DNA of 64,000 bases from Candidatus Poribacteria bacterium (GCA_965208675.1 OZ242351.1:3104001-3168000); one strand, 5' to 3'; positions 28,122 through 38,572 are shown, counted from the first letter of the stretch. Numbers and translations: made by a program. The notes: generated from the letters alone by a model not told the origin.

Positions 28122-28895
28122 TTAGTCATTAAAAACAGTTGCAGGATCGTATCCTGCATCGTCGTAATCAACAAAATTTATGCCAGGGAACTTCGTCTTG
28201 TAAGCCCCTGACAAAATTTCTTGTTCCGAAAAAAGCTGCCCATCACTATCGACTAATTGATTCACTGTGTCCGTAGCCCCAAGTCTACGCTTGATAAACG
28301 GCACTTCTACGAATTGTCCATCAGGACTTACACGAACATAACTAGCCCACTTAAGATACACCACGTCTGGATAGATCGGGTACACCTTTCCCGATTTTGA
28401 CTCTGAGAAACCGCTTATAAAATCTCGGTCTCCCCGATTCCATAATTCTATCAAGACACGGTAAAGTCTAACGTGGTTGGAAAAATCGCGCTCGTGAAAA
28501 TAGTCTTTGAGCCACACCGGAGTGACGGGAAACCCTTCAGGAACTTCAGGGAAATCCTTCCCTTCTTCCTGTTCAAGAGCGGAATGCTCTTCAACAAGTT
28601 CGTTCCGTTCTGCATTTTCAATTTCATCCGAGTCGGATGTCGATACAACATCATCGGATAATCCCCCATCTGACACCAAATCTGTTTCTAAGTCCGATGG
28701 AGTGTTTTGAGAAACAGAAGCGCGGACAGGGTGATTCGTGCTTACGGCGTGCGGCCCGTCCGACAGCAGGTGTTCTGGAAGAGGTTCCACATTGGGGCCA
28801 TGGAGCCAGCGGCTTCCGAAATAGCTGCCCACAATCAATAGCGCGGAAATCAAGACTGATCCGCATATTATCAGTTTCTGTCTAATCGTAAACAT
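28122..28895 (-). CDS. Cassette protein A1: membrane-anchored protein with conserved unknown C-terminal domain
   Basis: TM followed by GSYFGSRWLHG; acidic linker; FPEVPEGFP..PVWL, RVLIELWN.GD and VYPIYPDV shared with A2 and A3. Confidence 0.85.
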   Translation of the reverse strand: MFTIRQKLIICGSVLISALLIVGSYFGSRWLHGPNVEPLPEHLLSDGPHAVSTNHPVRASVSQNTPSDLETDLVSDGGLSDDVVSTSDSDEIENAERNELVEEHSALEQEEGKDFPEVPEGFPVTPVWLKDYFHERDFSNHVRLYRVLIELWNRGDRDFISGFSESKSGKVYPIYPDVVYLKWASYVRVSPDGQFVEVPFIKRRLGATDTVNQLVDSDGQLFSEQEILSGAYKTKFPGINFVDYDDAGYDPATVFND

Positions 28896-28998
28896 CGATA
28901 TCACCTTCCTCACTCTGTCAATCCTTGGTTGAGAGAAATTTATGTGACCACTGCGGACCGTTCCGCAGTTCAAAGTGTTGCTTAATGGCTATCTTATA

Positions 28999-29014
28999 AG
29001 CAAAATATGTGCCA
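28999..29014 (-). promoter_or_regulatory. sigma54 -24/-12 promoter (cassette copy 1)
   Basis: TGGCACATATTTTGCT. Confidence 0.85.
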
Positions 29015-29140
29015 AGACGAATATTTCCCCGCAATTCAAGCTCCGTTTTGGACTGGGAAGCCTGATGTGTAAAGGGATCCGGGCAGTTAAATTTTTTTTC
29101 GGTCGAGAGTAACAGCGATTGGATTGGGTAGGCAAAGGGG

Positions 29141-29227
29141 CGCAACTTATGTTGACACAATTCGGGAAAATGGTGAACGAAGCCTTGCCACACAAGGGTT
29201 TTACGGGATGTGCAACAATAGTGGACA
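29141..29227. promoter_or_regulatory. Putative enhancer (bEBP binding) sites, copy 1
   Basis: 17-mers CGCAACTTATGTTGACA (29141) and TGCAACAATAGTGGACA (29211). Confidence 0.6.
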
Positions 29228-29328
29228 ATAGCAACAAATTTTGCATCCCTTTGGAATGAGGGGTTTTCGGTAGGTACGGAGGGTAAATAAAGATTTGGAG
29301 TGCTGAACTGAAGGAATTAAACGATGAT

Positions 29329-30762
29329 TTACGCATCGTCCGATGATGTTTTGGAACGGTTCAGACGCTTGTTCAGCGCCTGCCTCGTCATGCCCAATAG
29401 TTGGGCGGCAGTGGTCTGGTTTCCGTTGGCGCGTTTGAGGGCTTCAGCAACTGCAAACCGCTCGATGTCTTTCAACTTGGGAAATCTGCGCAACTCGGCT
29501 AACTTCTCCACAATTTCAGCTTCGCCGGTATCACCCGCATCAAGGGAAAGGTCAGATTCCCCACCAATCTTCTTCCGGAAAGATTTAATAGAAAGAACGC
29601 CGCCCTTGTACTGACTTGCCGCATCTAGTACGAATCCTTCTAGCTCTCTGACATTTCCCGGAAAATCGAAAGCCTCAAGGTGTGTTAGGAGTTCCGGTGC
29701 AAGGGTACTCATGTCCTCTCCTAGAGTCTCGGACGCATGCGCTAGGAAGTGTTCAACCAATAGCGGGATATCCCCCGCCCGCTCACGAAGCGGCGGCAGG
29801 TGAATATGATGAGTTTGCAAGCGGAAGTAGAGGTCGTTGCGAAAAGTTTCGGACTCTCTCAGGAATTGTATATCTCGATTCGTCGCAACAACTATTCTTG
29901 CGTTATTTGTTCGCGGAAAATCGTCGCCAAGCGGGTAGTAAGTTCTTTCCTGCAGAAGACGCAGCAGTTTGACCTGAGACTCCAGGCGCAGGTCTCCGAT
30001 TTCATCAAGGAAGAGCGTACCGTTTGACGCTTGTTCAATCAATCCCTTGCGAGGCTTATCCGCCCCAGTGTACGCCCCTTTTTTGTGGCCGAAAAGCGTG
30101 TCCGAGAATAGGTGGTCGTCGAGCCCCGCAATATTGACCGAAACGAAGTCACCCACCCGCCCGCTCAACTTGTGGATTGCCGCTGCAATCAGTTCCTTGC
30201 CAACTCCGGTTTCGCCCGTAATCAATACTGGCAGGTCGGTTTGGGCGATTGCCTCGGAATATTGAAAAATGGCGTGCATGCCGCTGTCTTGAGTAATAAT
30301 GTCAGAGAACGCTTCAGGTTGTTTCAGCGCGTCAGAAAACACACGCTCCTTTAGCAGGCGAGTATGGCGACGCAGCTCGCTCATTTCTAGTCCGCGCCGA
30401 ATCGTCGCCGTGAGCTCCGTGACATCCACCGGTTTCACGAGGTAATCGTACGCCCCGGTCTTCAGACATTCCACGGCGGTGCCCACGTCTTTTACGCCCG
30501 TGACAACCGTTACGGGGACGTCTGGAAAGTCGGCAAGAATCAATTGAAGCAGGTCTTTCCCTGATAAATGAGGCATCATCAAATCCAGCACCACAACCGA
30601 GAAGTCATCCTTTGACAGCGTAGACATAACTTCGCGGCTGTCACCGCATTGGACGACACGATTGATGCCCTCTGACCTAAGCGCACGGCTCGTACTGGCA
30701 AGAAAAAGTTCTTCGTCGTCAACGAGTAATATTGGACGGGTAGGAAACTGACTTGTATTCAC
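29329..30762 (-). CDS. NtrC/AtoC-family sigma54-dependent response regulator (REC-AAA+-Fis HTH)
   Basis: LLVDD, VVLDLMMP, GETGVGKE, LFGHKKGAYTGA, LFLDEIG, FPGNVRELE, GNQTTAAQLLG. Confidence 0.95.
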   Translation of the reverse strand: MNTSQFPTRPILLVDDEELFLASTSRALRSEGINRVVQCGDSREVMSTLSKDDFSVVVLDLMMPHLSGKDLLQLILADFPDVPVTVVTGVKDVGTAVECLKTGAYDYLVKPVDVTELTATIRRGLEMSELRRHTRLLKERVFSDALKQPEAFSDIITQDSGMHAIFQYSEAIAQTDLPVLITGETGVGKELIAAAIHKLSGRVGDFVSVNIAGLDDHLFSDTLFGHKKGAYTGADKPRKGLIEQASNGTLFLDEIGDLRLESQVKLLRLLQERTYYPLGDDFPRTNNARIVVATNRDIQFLRESETFRNDLYFRLQTHHIHLPPLRERAGDIPLLVEHFLAHASETLGEDMSTLAPELLTHLEAFDFPGNVRELEGFVLDAASQYKGGVLSIKSFRKKIGGESDLSLDAGDTGEAEIVEKLAELRRFPKLKDIERFAVAEALKRANGNQTTAAQLLGMTRQALNKRLNRSKTSSDDA

Positions 30763-30765
30763 TGA

Positions 30766-32403
30766 TTACGCTCCGACGGCGGCAGGCAGCTTGACTGTCG
30801 CCCTCGTGCCCTTTCCAAGTTCTGAGGCGAAGGTCAAATCTCCGCCATGATTCTTGATAATAGTGTAAGAGATTGACAGCCCTAGGCCGGTACCTCCGGT
30901 GTCACGCTTGGTAGTGAAAAAGGCGTCCATGATGCGACCTAAATTTTCAGGCGGAATTCCTTCTCCCTCGTCGCAAACTTCAATCAATACATCGTTTGAA
31001 CGCTTTCGGGTCGAAACCGCGATTTTTTTGCTCGGGTCGGACAGCGATTGGCAAGCGTTCGTGACTAAGTTAATAAATACCTGCTCAATTTGTTGCGCAT
31101 TACCCTGAATCAACGGCAAGCCGCAATCCAATTCGAGCGAGAAATGGTTTGTAGCGTTTTTTATCAAATTCTCTATAATCAACATTGCAGCGTTAATCAC
31201 CGCATTGCAATCAACCGATTGTTTTAATTCTTCGTCTCCGCTTTGCGAAAAATCGCTGAGCGCGTTCACAATCTCTTGGATTCGCCTCGCCCCGCTAATC
31301 ATTCCCGTAGTCATGTCCTTGATATCAGTATTTAATTTCGTATAGGGCTCTCCAGCGCACATAAAGTCCCCATTCTCGTGGTAATACCTCTCTAGGATGG
31401 GCATTACGGCCAACCAACATTTCTCAAGGACTTGTCCGTTCTGCAATATAAAACTGTTCGGGTTGTTAATCTCGTGCGCCACGCCGGCGGTCATGACGCC
31501 CAATGACGCCATCTTATCCGCTAGAATCAACTGGCGCTGCTGCTGCGCAGATAGTTCCTCGGCACGCTTGCGTTCCGTGATGTCCAGCGCAAAGCCCGCT
31601 ACGCGGTAGGGTACGCCGTTCTCATCGTCCACTGGAAAGGCGCGCGCATGAATCCAACGGATTTCACCATCCGGACGCACCATACGGAACTCATACTCCA
31701 CTGAATCGCCGAGTTTCTGACGCTCAAAATGAGCAATAACCTGCTCTATGTCATCCGGATAGATGCTCTCCACCCACGACATCGGCGCTGCCATTAAGTC
31801 CATGCGGGATCGTCCCCATATCTCATCGTATCCGGGGCTGAGGTAGAAAAACTCGTCCCCTTCGAGCGACATTAGCCAGAACACCTCGCGGATGCTGGTC
31901 GCCAACTGGTGAAAGCGTTCTTCACTCGCTCGAAGGTCACGTTCAGTCTCCTTCTGCCGCGTGATGTCCCGCCAAATGAACCGGCAGTAAAGCGCCTTTC
32001 CTCTTGTATTACGGTAAGTTGCGGCATTTAAGTTTACCTCCAACGTACTTCCATCACTCTTCCGCAATACTAGCTCCGCATCACGTATTGTACCGTCGCT
32101 TACAAGGCTAGCGAAGGCTTTCTTTGCACCTTCGACACTGTCCGGATGATATATCTTCGAAATAGGGTGGCCGACAATCTCCGCTTCTGCATAACCCAAC
32201 GCCGTGCATAACGCCTCATTGCAGTGGAGAACCCTTTCCGAGACGGCATCAGCAGAAGCAAACATGTCCGGGCCGTTGTAATATGGATCTGCCTCCGACA
32301 TCCGCTTGAATTTATCTCTATCGCGCTCTAACCTCGCCACTTGCTGGCGCAACCGCCGTATTTCGCTATTTCGTTGTGATTGTTTCCCATCTTCCGCTTG
32401 CAT
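30766..32403 (-). CDS. Cytoplasmic PAS-PAS sensor histidine kinase
   Basis: Two PAS/PAC domains ending DIT; AGVAHEINNP H-box; N-box NLVTNA; FFTTK and GTGLGL; no TM segment. Confidence 0.95.
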   Translation of the reverse strand: MQAEDGKQSQRNSEIRRLRQQVARLERDRDKFKRMSEADPYYNGPDMFASADAVSERVLHCNEALCTALGYAEAEIVGHPISKIYHPDSVEGAKKAFASLVSDGTIRDAELVLRKSDGSTLEVNLNAATYRNTRGKALYCRFIWRDITRQKETERDLRASEERFHQLATSIREVFWLMSLEGDEFFYLSPGYDEIWGRSRMDLMAAPMSWVESIYPDDIEQVIAHFERQKLGDSVEYEFRMVRPDGEIRWIHARAFPVDDENGVPYRVAGFALDITERKRAEELSAQQQRQLILADKMASLGVMTAGVAHEINNPNSFILQNGQVLEKCWLAVMPILERYYHENGDFMCAGEPYTKLNTDIKDMTTGMISGARRIQEIVNALSDFSQSGDEELKQSVDCNAVINAAMLIIENLIKNATNHFSLELDCGLPLIQGNAQQIEQVFINLVTNACQSLSDPSKKIAVSTRKRSNDVLIEVCDEGEGIPPENLGRIMDAFFTTKRDTGGTGLGLSISYTIIKNHGGDLTFASELGKGTRATVKLPAAVGA

Positions 32404-32486
32404 TTCTCACCTCGGGTTTTACCGGATAAGTTCGCACAAGAATAACACCGTTTTGCGTGCATGTCAACCAATACGAACAGCCATGA

Positions 32487-32690
32487 GGGCATTCCGATTC
32501 CCGATGATATGTCTATGACCCCCTCTAGCTCCCCCTTGGTAAGGGGGAGGATTAAAATGAAAAACTGCGTCGCGATTCGGAGATTGCTGCTACCCAACGC
32601 TTTTGAAACCTTTCGACGACAGAAAAGCGGTGGGTTTCGGAAAGGCTGTCGCCTTCGCTATTCGCTCAGTTGATCTCTACCCAATCTACA
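32487..32690. repeat. REP-like composite repeat
   Basis: Same modules as 24.7-25.3 kb (ATTCCGATTCCCGA, CCCCTTGGTAAGGGGGAG, CTACCCAATCTAC). Confidence 0.8.
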
Positions 32691-32700
32691 AAAGGTAGGG

Positions 32701-33048
32701 CTAAAACGCGGCGTCATCGCTTTTCGCATGAAAATTGCCGTTGGCATCGAAACCGGAGACCGACGCGTACGCGGAACCGCTGCTGCAACTTACGAGATCT
32801 ACAACAGCGGAATCGGAAAGATTATTCCCATTAGCAAACGCGCCGCCATCTTGATCTACCGCGTGGTCAACGCGGGCGCGTACACTATAATAGCCATTTA
32901 CAAGACCCCAACCGTTCACTGATGCCGTTGCCCGACATGTATTTTCATCTGCGGTACAGAAGGCGTTAAACGCATACACGCTAACACAAATGACAAGAAT
33001 TGAAATCACAATGGAGCTGCACAACATTACCGAAAATTTCAATTTCAT
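32701..33048 (-). CDS. Cassette protein B2: small secreted beta-rich protein
   Basis: AAGGAG RBS; signal peptide ending VSVYA; aligns with B1 over its full length, including 3 Cys and C-terminal Phe. Confidence 0.87.
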   Translation of the reverse strand: MKLKFSVMLCSSIVISILVICVSVYAFNAFCTADENTCRATASVNGWGLVNGYYSVRARVDHAVDQDGGAFANGNNLSDSAVVDLVSCSSGSAYASVSGFDANGNFHAKSDDAAF

Positions 33049-33060
33049 GGAATTCTCCTT

Positions 33061-33687
33061 TTAATTTTGGTAGTCAATAAGAATTGCCGCAGGTTCGTAC
33101 CCGGCGGTTTCGGCGTTTACAATGCTTATGCCGGGGAACTTCGTCTTAAACGCCCCTGACGTTATTTCTTGATCTGTAAAAAGCCTGTCGTAGCTATCGA
33201 CCAACTGATTTACCGTGGTTGTGGCGCCAAGCCGACGGCGAATAAAAGGCATTTCAACAGATTTTCCATTAGCCGCTTGAAGTGTATAACTATCCCACCA
33301 GACATATATCACGTCCGGATAGATTGGGTAAACTCTACCGCTACGAGTTTCAAATATAGCGTTCAAAAAGTCATGGTCGCCCTGATTCCATAATTCGATT
33401 AGGACGCGGTACATTGTTACGTGGTCCGAAAAATCACGCTCCTGAAAATAGTCTTCGAGCCACACCGGCGTCATCGGAAATCCGTCAGGCACTTCAGGAA
33501 AATTACTGATATTTCCATCTTCTCGTTCAACTGACGAGTCTTGAGAAACACGTAAGTCAGGTAATGGTTCACTATTCGTGCCATGCACCCATCGGCTTCC
33601 GAAATTGCTGCCAATCACTATCACCACAGCAAACAATAATGCGCCGCCCAACAAGAGTGTCTGTTTTCTCGTAAACGTGGTTTTCAC
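33061..33687 (-). CDS. Cassette protein A2 (short linker)
   Basis: GSNFGSRWVHG, FPEVPDGFP, RVLIELWNQGD, VYPIYPDV. Confidence 0.87.
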   Translation of the reverse strand: MKTTFTRKQTLLLGGALLFAVVIVIGSNFGSRWVHGTNSEPLPDLRVSQDSSVEREDGNISNFPEVPDGFPMTPVWLEDYFQERDFSDHVTMYRVLIELWNQGDHDFLNAIFETRSGRVYPIYPDVIYVWWDSYTLQAANGKSVEMPFIRRRLGATTTVNQLVDSYDRLFTDQEITSGAFKTKFPGISIVNAETAGYEPAAILIDYQN

Positions 33688-33762
33688 CCTTCCACCTCCG
33701 TCATTTCAGAGAAACTTATGTGAGTGCTGCAGACCGTTCTACAGCTTGTAGTATTGTCTATA

Positions 33763-33778
33763 TGCAAAAGACATGCCA
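33763..33778 (-). promoter_or_regulatory. sigma54 -24/-12 promoter (cassette copy 2)
   Basis: TGGCATGTCTTTTGCA. Confidence 0.8.
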
Positions 33779-33903
33779 ATACATATAATCACCTTCATTT
33801 TAGAGGCTCGATTTTGGCTCATAAACCCTTATGTGCAAAGGGATGCGAGAAATTTTATTTTTTTGTTTTGGACGGCATGGCTTTGAATTCCTATGGCAAA
33901 GGA

Positions 33904-34020
33904 TGCGACATTTGTTGACACAATTAAGGGAAATTTGGGGTTCCCGGAGCGTGAAGCCTTACCATACAAGGGTTTTGCGAGCTGTGCGACAAAAGTTGAC
34001 AAAAGCAAAAAATGTCGCAC
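33904..34020. promoter_or_regulatory. Putative enhancer sites, copy 2
   Basis: TGCGACATTTGTTGACA (33904), TGCGACAAAAGTTGACA (33985), TGTCGCAC (34013). Confidence 0.65.
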
Positions 34021-34154
34021 CCTATTTTGAAAACGGAATCCTCGCCGGGTAAGTCGGGATGATACAAATATTGAGCAGGAATTAGGCGCAACCATTGAAC
34101 TAACTCCCACGGATTCCATTCGCAAACTATCATGCATTTCGGGTAGCCGAGTTT

Positions 34155-34640
34155 TTGTAGGTTGGGTAGAAATCAACTAAGCGAATAGCGAAGGCGATAG
34201 TCTTTCCGAAACCCAATGCTTTTGAGGCCTCTCTATGTCATAACAGCGTTGGGTGGGGTGAATTCTGGTAGGAGGAAATTCCAATTCCCGACTGTATGTC
34301 TATAACCCCTTCTACCTCCCCCTTGGTAAGGGAGAGGATTAAACTGACAAAACAGCTTTTGTAGGTTGGGTAGAGCGGGTTTGATGAAATATGGGAATTA
34401 TGAGGCATGAGGTTGGTCAGTTGATTGCGTTCAAGAATTGCTAGTGCGCAGCGAAACCCAACGATCAACTGAGCGAATAGCGAAGGCGATAGTCTTATCC
34501 TAACCGCCTCCAACAAACCGAACTCGCCGCAATATCCAAAAGCGTTGGATTGGTTGAATGCTGGTAGGAGGGAATTCCAATTCTCGATGGTCTGTCAACA
34601 ACCCCCTCTAGCTCCCCCTTGGCAAGGGGGAGGATTTTTC
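34155..34640. repeat. REP-like composite repeat array
   Basis: 34360-34545 nearly duplicates 25060-25245; 34463-34700 nearly duplicates 42330-42570. Confidence 0.85.
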
Positions 34641-34703
34641 TGTATCATTCCCATGTGCGATTGAACTGGACAAATATACGCATTAAAATCCCTGCGTTCG
34701 CGG

Positions 34704-36089
34704 TTACCGCCGTTCGTCAGAAAGCCGAGTACCCGGCATGGCATAGTATTCGCCATTTGTCACTTCGGCGACTCGGCGCTGAAAGACATCCCTTTCGCGT
34801 TGCCGCGGGTGTACGAAACCGCCGATGACGTAAACAATGGCACCGGCTTGGCGGCAAACATCAATTCCCCCGCCGGGGGTGTACCCCTTCTCCCGACGGC
34901 GGCTGGTTGCTTCGTCGGTTACGATAATCAGTACAAGCTGGCGATGCTCTGGCGTGTCGAGCTTGGGGACGCCTTCCATTATGGCGTCGAGCAGGTGTTC
35001 ATCGCCCTCCTTCGGAAGCCGAAATAGCTTCTTGACCTGCTCGGCATCCAACGGCGGTTTCGTCACCACCATTGAGCTTTCTCCTCCGCCTACCCGCGCC
35101 CAAAAGCGGATGACACCGAAACGATAGTCGAGTCCGTTCTCATCAAGCGCATCCGCCAACCTATCCACTCCTGTACATATTTCATCAGTATTAAATCCCA
35201 TGCTGAAGCTGGAGTCGAAGATGAAAACAATATCGGAAGGCGACTTCACCGTTTCGACGAAGTGTTCGCCCATGAGTTCGAAAATCCCGGCGATCCTGAG
35301 AATCCGCTTATCTGTCATAGAGGTTGGCCACCTTCGCTGCTGATATTCATCAATGGGGCGCCACTTGCCTCCGGTTTCCTCAGCCAATTTCATCTGAACC
35401 GCATTATTTACCCCAAAAACGTCAATGTGAATCTCCTCCTGCTTACACTGTTCAACAATTTTACTTGCAAGCTGCTGTATAGCATTCTCCGCGTCCCACG
35501 TGGTTTGCAGGGGCGAATTTGTGACGACAATCAAGTGTTTGCGGGCGTCCAATCTGTAATCCAACTCCCTTAACCCCCACATTATCGCGTCAAGTCCATA
35601 TCCGGTGGAGTGGTCGTGCCGAAAATCGTCGTAAAGGCCTTCATGTACTGCACGCAGGCTGTCAATGAACGGACTGCCTTCGAATTTTGGGCCTCGATGA
35701 TTTTGAAACCAGACGGGCGCTATCTGGTAGTCGACTCCCGACTCCTCGAACATACCCACTAATTCGCCGAGATGTCTTTCAATTTGAACTATCGACGTTT
35801 TCATTTTTTCGCCGCGTTCGATGACAAAGACGATGTCAACCAAGTTATTCTCACTTTGACGGCTGGCGCGGCGAGCGATGCCGACAAGGCTTCTGCCGAC
35901 ATTTACCTTGGTTACTTCCGTTTCTTCCACTTTCGATTCTTTTTTTGGGTTAATCATGATTTTCGATTGCCGGCGCGGCGGTTGGACTTGCGCCCCAGCG
36001 AACGCTGCTAATGCATCAACGACTATCCAGATAGTCAACACCATCAAAGCAATCCCCGATTTCGAGGTGTATCGTTTCAATACAATCAT
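34704..36089 (-). CDS. Secreted or membrane-anchored double vWA-domain protein 1
   Basis: DIVFVIE (degenerate MIDAS) and DIVFIFDSSFSM (DxSxS), IVTDE, VYVIG; AAAGGAG before ATG 36089. Confidence 0.85.
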   Translation of the reverse strand: MIVLKRYTSKSGIALMVLTIWIVVDALAAFAGAQVQPPRRQSKIMINPKKESKVEETEVTKVNVGRSLVGIARRASRQSENNLVDIVFVIERGEKMKTSIVQIERHLGELVGMFEESGVDYQIAPVWFQNHRGPKFEGSPFIDSLRAVHEGLYDDFRHDHSTGYGLDAIMWGLRELDYRLDARKHLIVVTNSPLQTTWDAENAIQQLASKIVEQCKQEEIHIDVFGVNNAVQMKLAEETGGKWRPIDEYQQRRWPTSMTDKRILRIAGIFELMGEHFVETVKSPSDIVFIFDSSFSMGFNTDEICTGVDRLADALDENGLDYRFGVIRFWARVGGGESSMVVTKPPLDAEQVKKLFRLPKEGDEHLLDAIMEGVPKLDTPEHRQLVLIIVTDEATSRRREKGYTPGGGIDVCRQAGAIVYVIGGFVHPRQRERDVFQRRVAEVTNGEYYAMPGTRLSDERR

Positions 36090-36187
36090 TGGATTTTCTC
36101 CTTTCTTGCTGCGCCCAAGTCTAAATTGTGAATGACCGATTGAACTGACTAACCCAACCGACAAGAACGGAAACGTATTGTTCGGTG

Positions 36188-38392
36188 CTACTTAACAACC
36201 GCCATCCACCTTAGCGCGGTGTAATCACCCGCTTCTAGTTGGATGTAATAATTTCCGCTTGTGACGAGTTCGCCGTTTTGGTTTCGGCCGTCCCAATTCG
36301 CAGCACTCGCTTTGTCTCGATAGACTCCCGATACTTGATGTCCAATGTCGAGGGTGCGGACGATATGACCGCTCTGGTCGTAGATGCTTAAGGTTACGAC
36401 TGCATCGTTTGCCAACTGGTACGGTATCCAGGTCTCTGGGTTAAACGGATTCGGATAGTTCTGCAGCAACGCTGTCCGTTTGATGTTTCCCAAGGTGGTG
36501 ACGCGTTTTTCCAGCGGTCTCACCGCTAATTGGATAAAAGAGGAAACGTCCCACAGCAACACGGTGCCGTCCCAGCTCCCACTGGCGAGTGTACGCCCAT
36601 CCGGACTGAACGCAACGCTCCAAACCTCATCAGTATGCCCGTTGAGCGTGCGCAGGTGTTCTCCCGTGTCGGCATCCCATAATCTGACGGTGGCATCATG
36701 ACCGCCGCTAGCTATTGTGCGTCCATCGGGACTGAACGCAACGCTATAAACCCCAAACGCATGCCCGTTGAGTGTGCGGAGGTGTTCTCCGGTATCAACG
36801 TCCCACAATCGAATGGTAGTGTCCCAACTCCCGCTAGCAATCGTATGTCCGTCGGGGCTGAACGCGATGTCGTTTACCTGATTCCTATGTCCGTCAAGCG
36901 TTCGCAGATGTTTACCACCTGCAGTCCACAGGCGGATAGTGTCGTCCCAACTCCCGCTAGCCAGTGTGCGCCCATCGGGACTGTACGCTACGCTATAGAC
37001 GTGGTTCCTATGCCCTTTGAGCGTTCTCCGGTGTTTGCCTTTATTGAGATCCCATAACTGGATAGTGTCGTCCCAACCCCCGCTGGCTAACCTGGTGCCA
37101 TCGGGATTGAACACTACACTATAAACCGTCCCCCAATGCCCAATGAACGTTTGAAGATGTTCTCCCGTTTGCGCATTCCATAATCGGATGGTATCGTCCC
37201 AACTGCCACTGGCGATGGTACGCCCATCGAGACTGAACGCAACGCTCCGGACCCAACTTGAATGTCCGTTGAGAGTTCGGAGGTGTTTTGCTGTACCGGC
37301 GTCCAACAGTCGGATGGTACTGTCCCCGCGACTACCGATTGCTACGGTACGTCCATCCGGGCTAAATGCTAAGCTATTGACCTCGCGTGTATGTCCGCTG
37401 AGTGTTTGGTAGTGCTCCCCCGTGTCAATGTCCCATAATCGGATGGTGCTGTCCCAACTGCCACTGGCTAGCGTACGTCCATCGGTGCTGAAAGCAACGC
37501 TCCAGACCATTCCTTTATGACCATCGAGTGTTTGCAGGTGTTTTCCGGTATCGGCGTCCCACAGCCGGAGGGTACTGTCCCCACTCCCGCTGGCAATGGT
37601 GTGCCCATCAGGACTGAACGCAACGCTCCGGACCGTACCCGTATGCCCGCTGCGCCTTCTCAGAGGTTTTCCCGTATCGGCGTCCCACAACCGGAGGGTT
37701 TTGTCCAAGCTCCCACTTGCGAGGGTACGCCCATCGGGACTGAATGCCACGCTCCAGACCGATTTCGTATGCCCTTTGAGCGTTCGCAGGTGTTCTCCGG
37801 CATCGGCGTCCCACAGCCGGACGGTTTCGTCCGAACTCCCACTTGCGAGGGTTCGTCCATCGGGACTGAATGTGACACTCCAGACATCATCTGTATGCCC
37901 GGTAAACGTACGCAGTTGCTCTCCGGTAGCAGTGTCCCATAGCCGGATCGTAGGTTGCTCACCTCCGCTAGCGATGGTGCGTCCGTCCGGACTGAACGCA
38001 ACGCTATAAACCCAACCCGTGTGTCTAGTAAGCGTTCGCAAGTGTTCACCCGATTCCGCGTCCCACAGCCGGACAGTACGGTCCCAACTCCCGCTTGCGA
38101 TTTTGCGTCCGTCCGGACTGAACGCAACGCTCCAGACTCTACCCGTATGCCCAGTGAACAGTGCGGCCTCTTGATGAGTCACCGTATCGTAAAGCCAAAC
38201 GCCGGTACCGCTAGCGACCGCAAGTCGCGTGCCGTCGGGCGAATGCTGTATTTCATGCATAATGCCTTTACCGAACCTTGCTTTAGCGCCCTCGGGCAGC
38301 CCCCACTGTGGAGAATCTTGGGCGTAACTGTGCGGTAAATATAGAGCGGAAACGAATAAAAAGCTAAGCTTGAAAAACATTACTTTCTTCAT
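36188..38392 (-). CDS. Secreted WD40-repeat protein 2 (14 repeats) with C-terminal FlgD-Ig-like domain
   Basis: Same architecture as 25336..27537; GAGGA before ATG 38392. Confidence 0.93.
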   Translation of the reverse strand: MKKVMFFKLSFLFVSALYLPHSYAQDSPQWGLPEGAKARFGKGIMHEIQHSPDGTRLAVASGTGVWLYDTVTHQEAALFTGHTGRVWSVAFSPDGRKIASGSWDRTVRLWDAESGEHLRTLTRHTGWVYSVAFSPDGRTIASGGEQPTIRLWDTATGEQLRTFTGHTDDVWSVTFSPDGRTLASGSSDETVRLWDADAGEHLRTLKGHTKSVWSVAFSPDGRTLASGSLDKTLRLWDADTGKPLRRRSGHTGTVRSVAFSPDGHTIASGSGDSTLRLWDADTGKHLQTLDGHKGMVWSVAFSTDGRTLASGSWDSTIRLWDIDTGEHYQTLSGHTREVNSLAFSPDGRTVAIGSRGDSTIRLLDAGTAKHLRTLNGHSSWVRSVAFSLDGRTIASGSWDDTIRLWNAQTGEHLQTFIGHWGTVYSVVFNPDGTRLASGGWDDTIQLWDLNKGKHRRTLKGHRNHVYSVAYSPDGRTLASGSWDDTIRLWTAGGKHLRTLDGHRNQVNDIAFSPDGHTIASGSWDTTIRLWDVDTGEHLRTLNGHAFGVYSVAFSPDGRTIASGGHDATVRLWDADTGEHLRTLNGHTDEVWSVAFSPDGRTLASGSWDGTVLLWDVSSFIQLAVRPLEKRVTTLGNIKRTALLQNYPNPFNPETWIPYQLANDAVVTLSIYDQSGHIVRTLDIGHQVSGVYRDKASAANWDGRNQNGELVTSGNYYIQLEAGDYTALRWMAVVK

Positions 38393-38422
38393 TGGAATAA
38401 TCCTCAATATTTCCAGAATAAT

Positions 38423-38572
38423 TAGGACTTACGCAGTTCAGTTTGTAGTAGCGCAATTTATTGCGCGTCCTGCAGGTCGTTTACTTCCTTGACTTGACAT
38501 ATTGTTTTATGTAGAAACGGGCAATAAATTGCCCTACTACGAACCTTTGGACATCCAACTGCGTAACTCCTA
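38423..38572. mobile_element. 150-bp MITE-like element with nested inverted repeats
   Basis: Terminal TAGGACTTACGCAGTT / AACTGCGTAACTCCTA enclosing GTAGTAGCGCAATTTATTGC / GCAATAAATTGCCCTACTAC; a related half-site lies at 21434. Confidence 0.65.

Noticed and set aside
28951-28968. UTR hairpin as a CsrA/RsmA site
   Set aside because: The loop reads AYGG followed by U, not the required ANGGA
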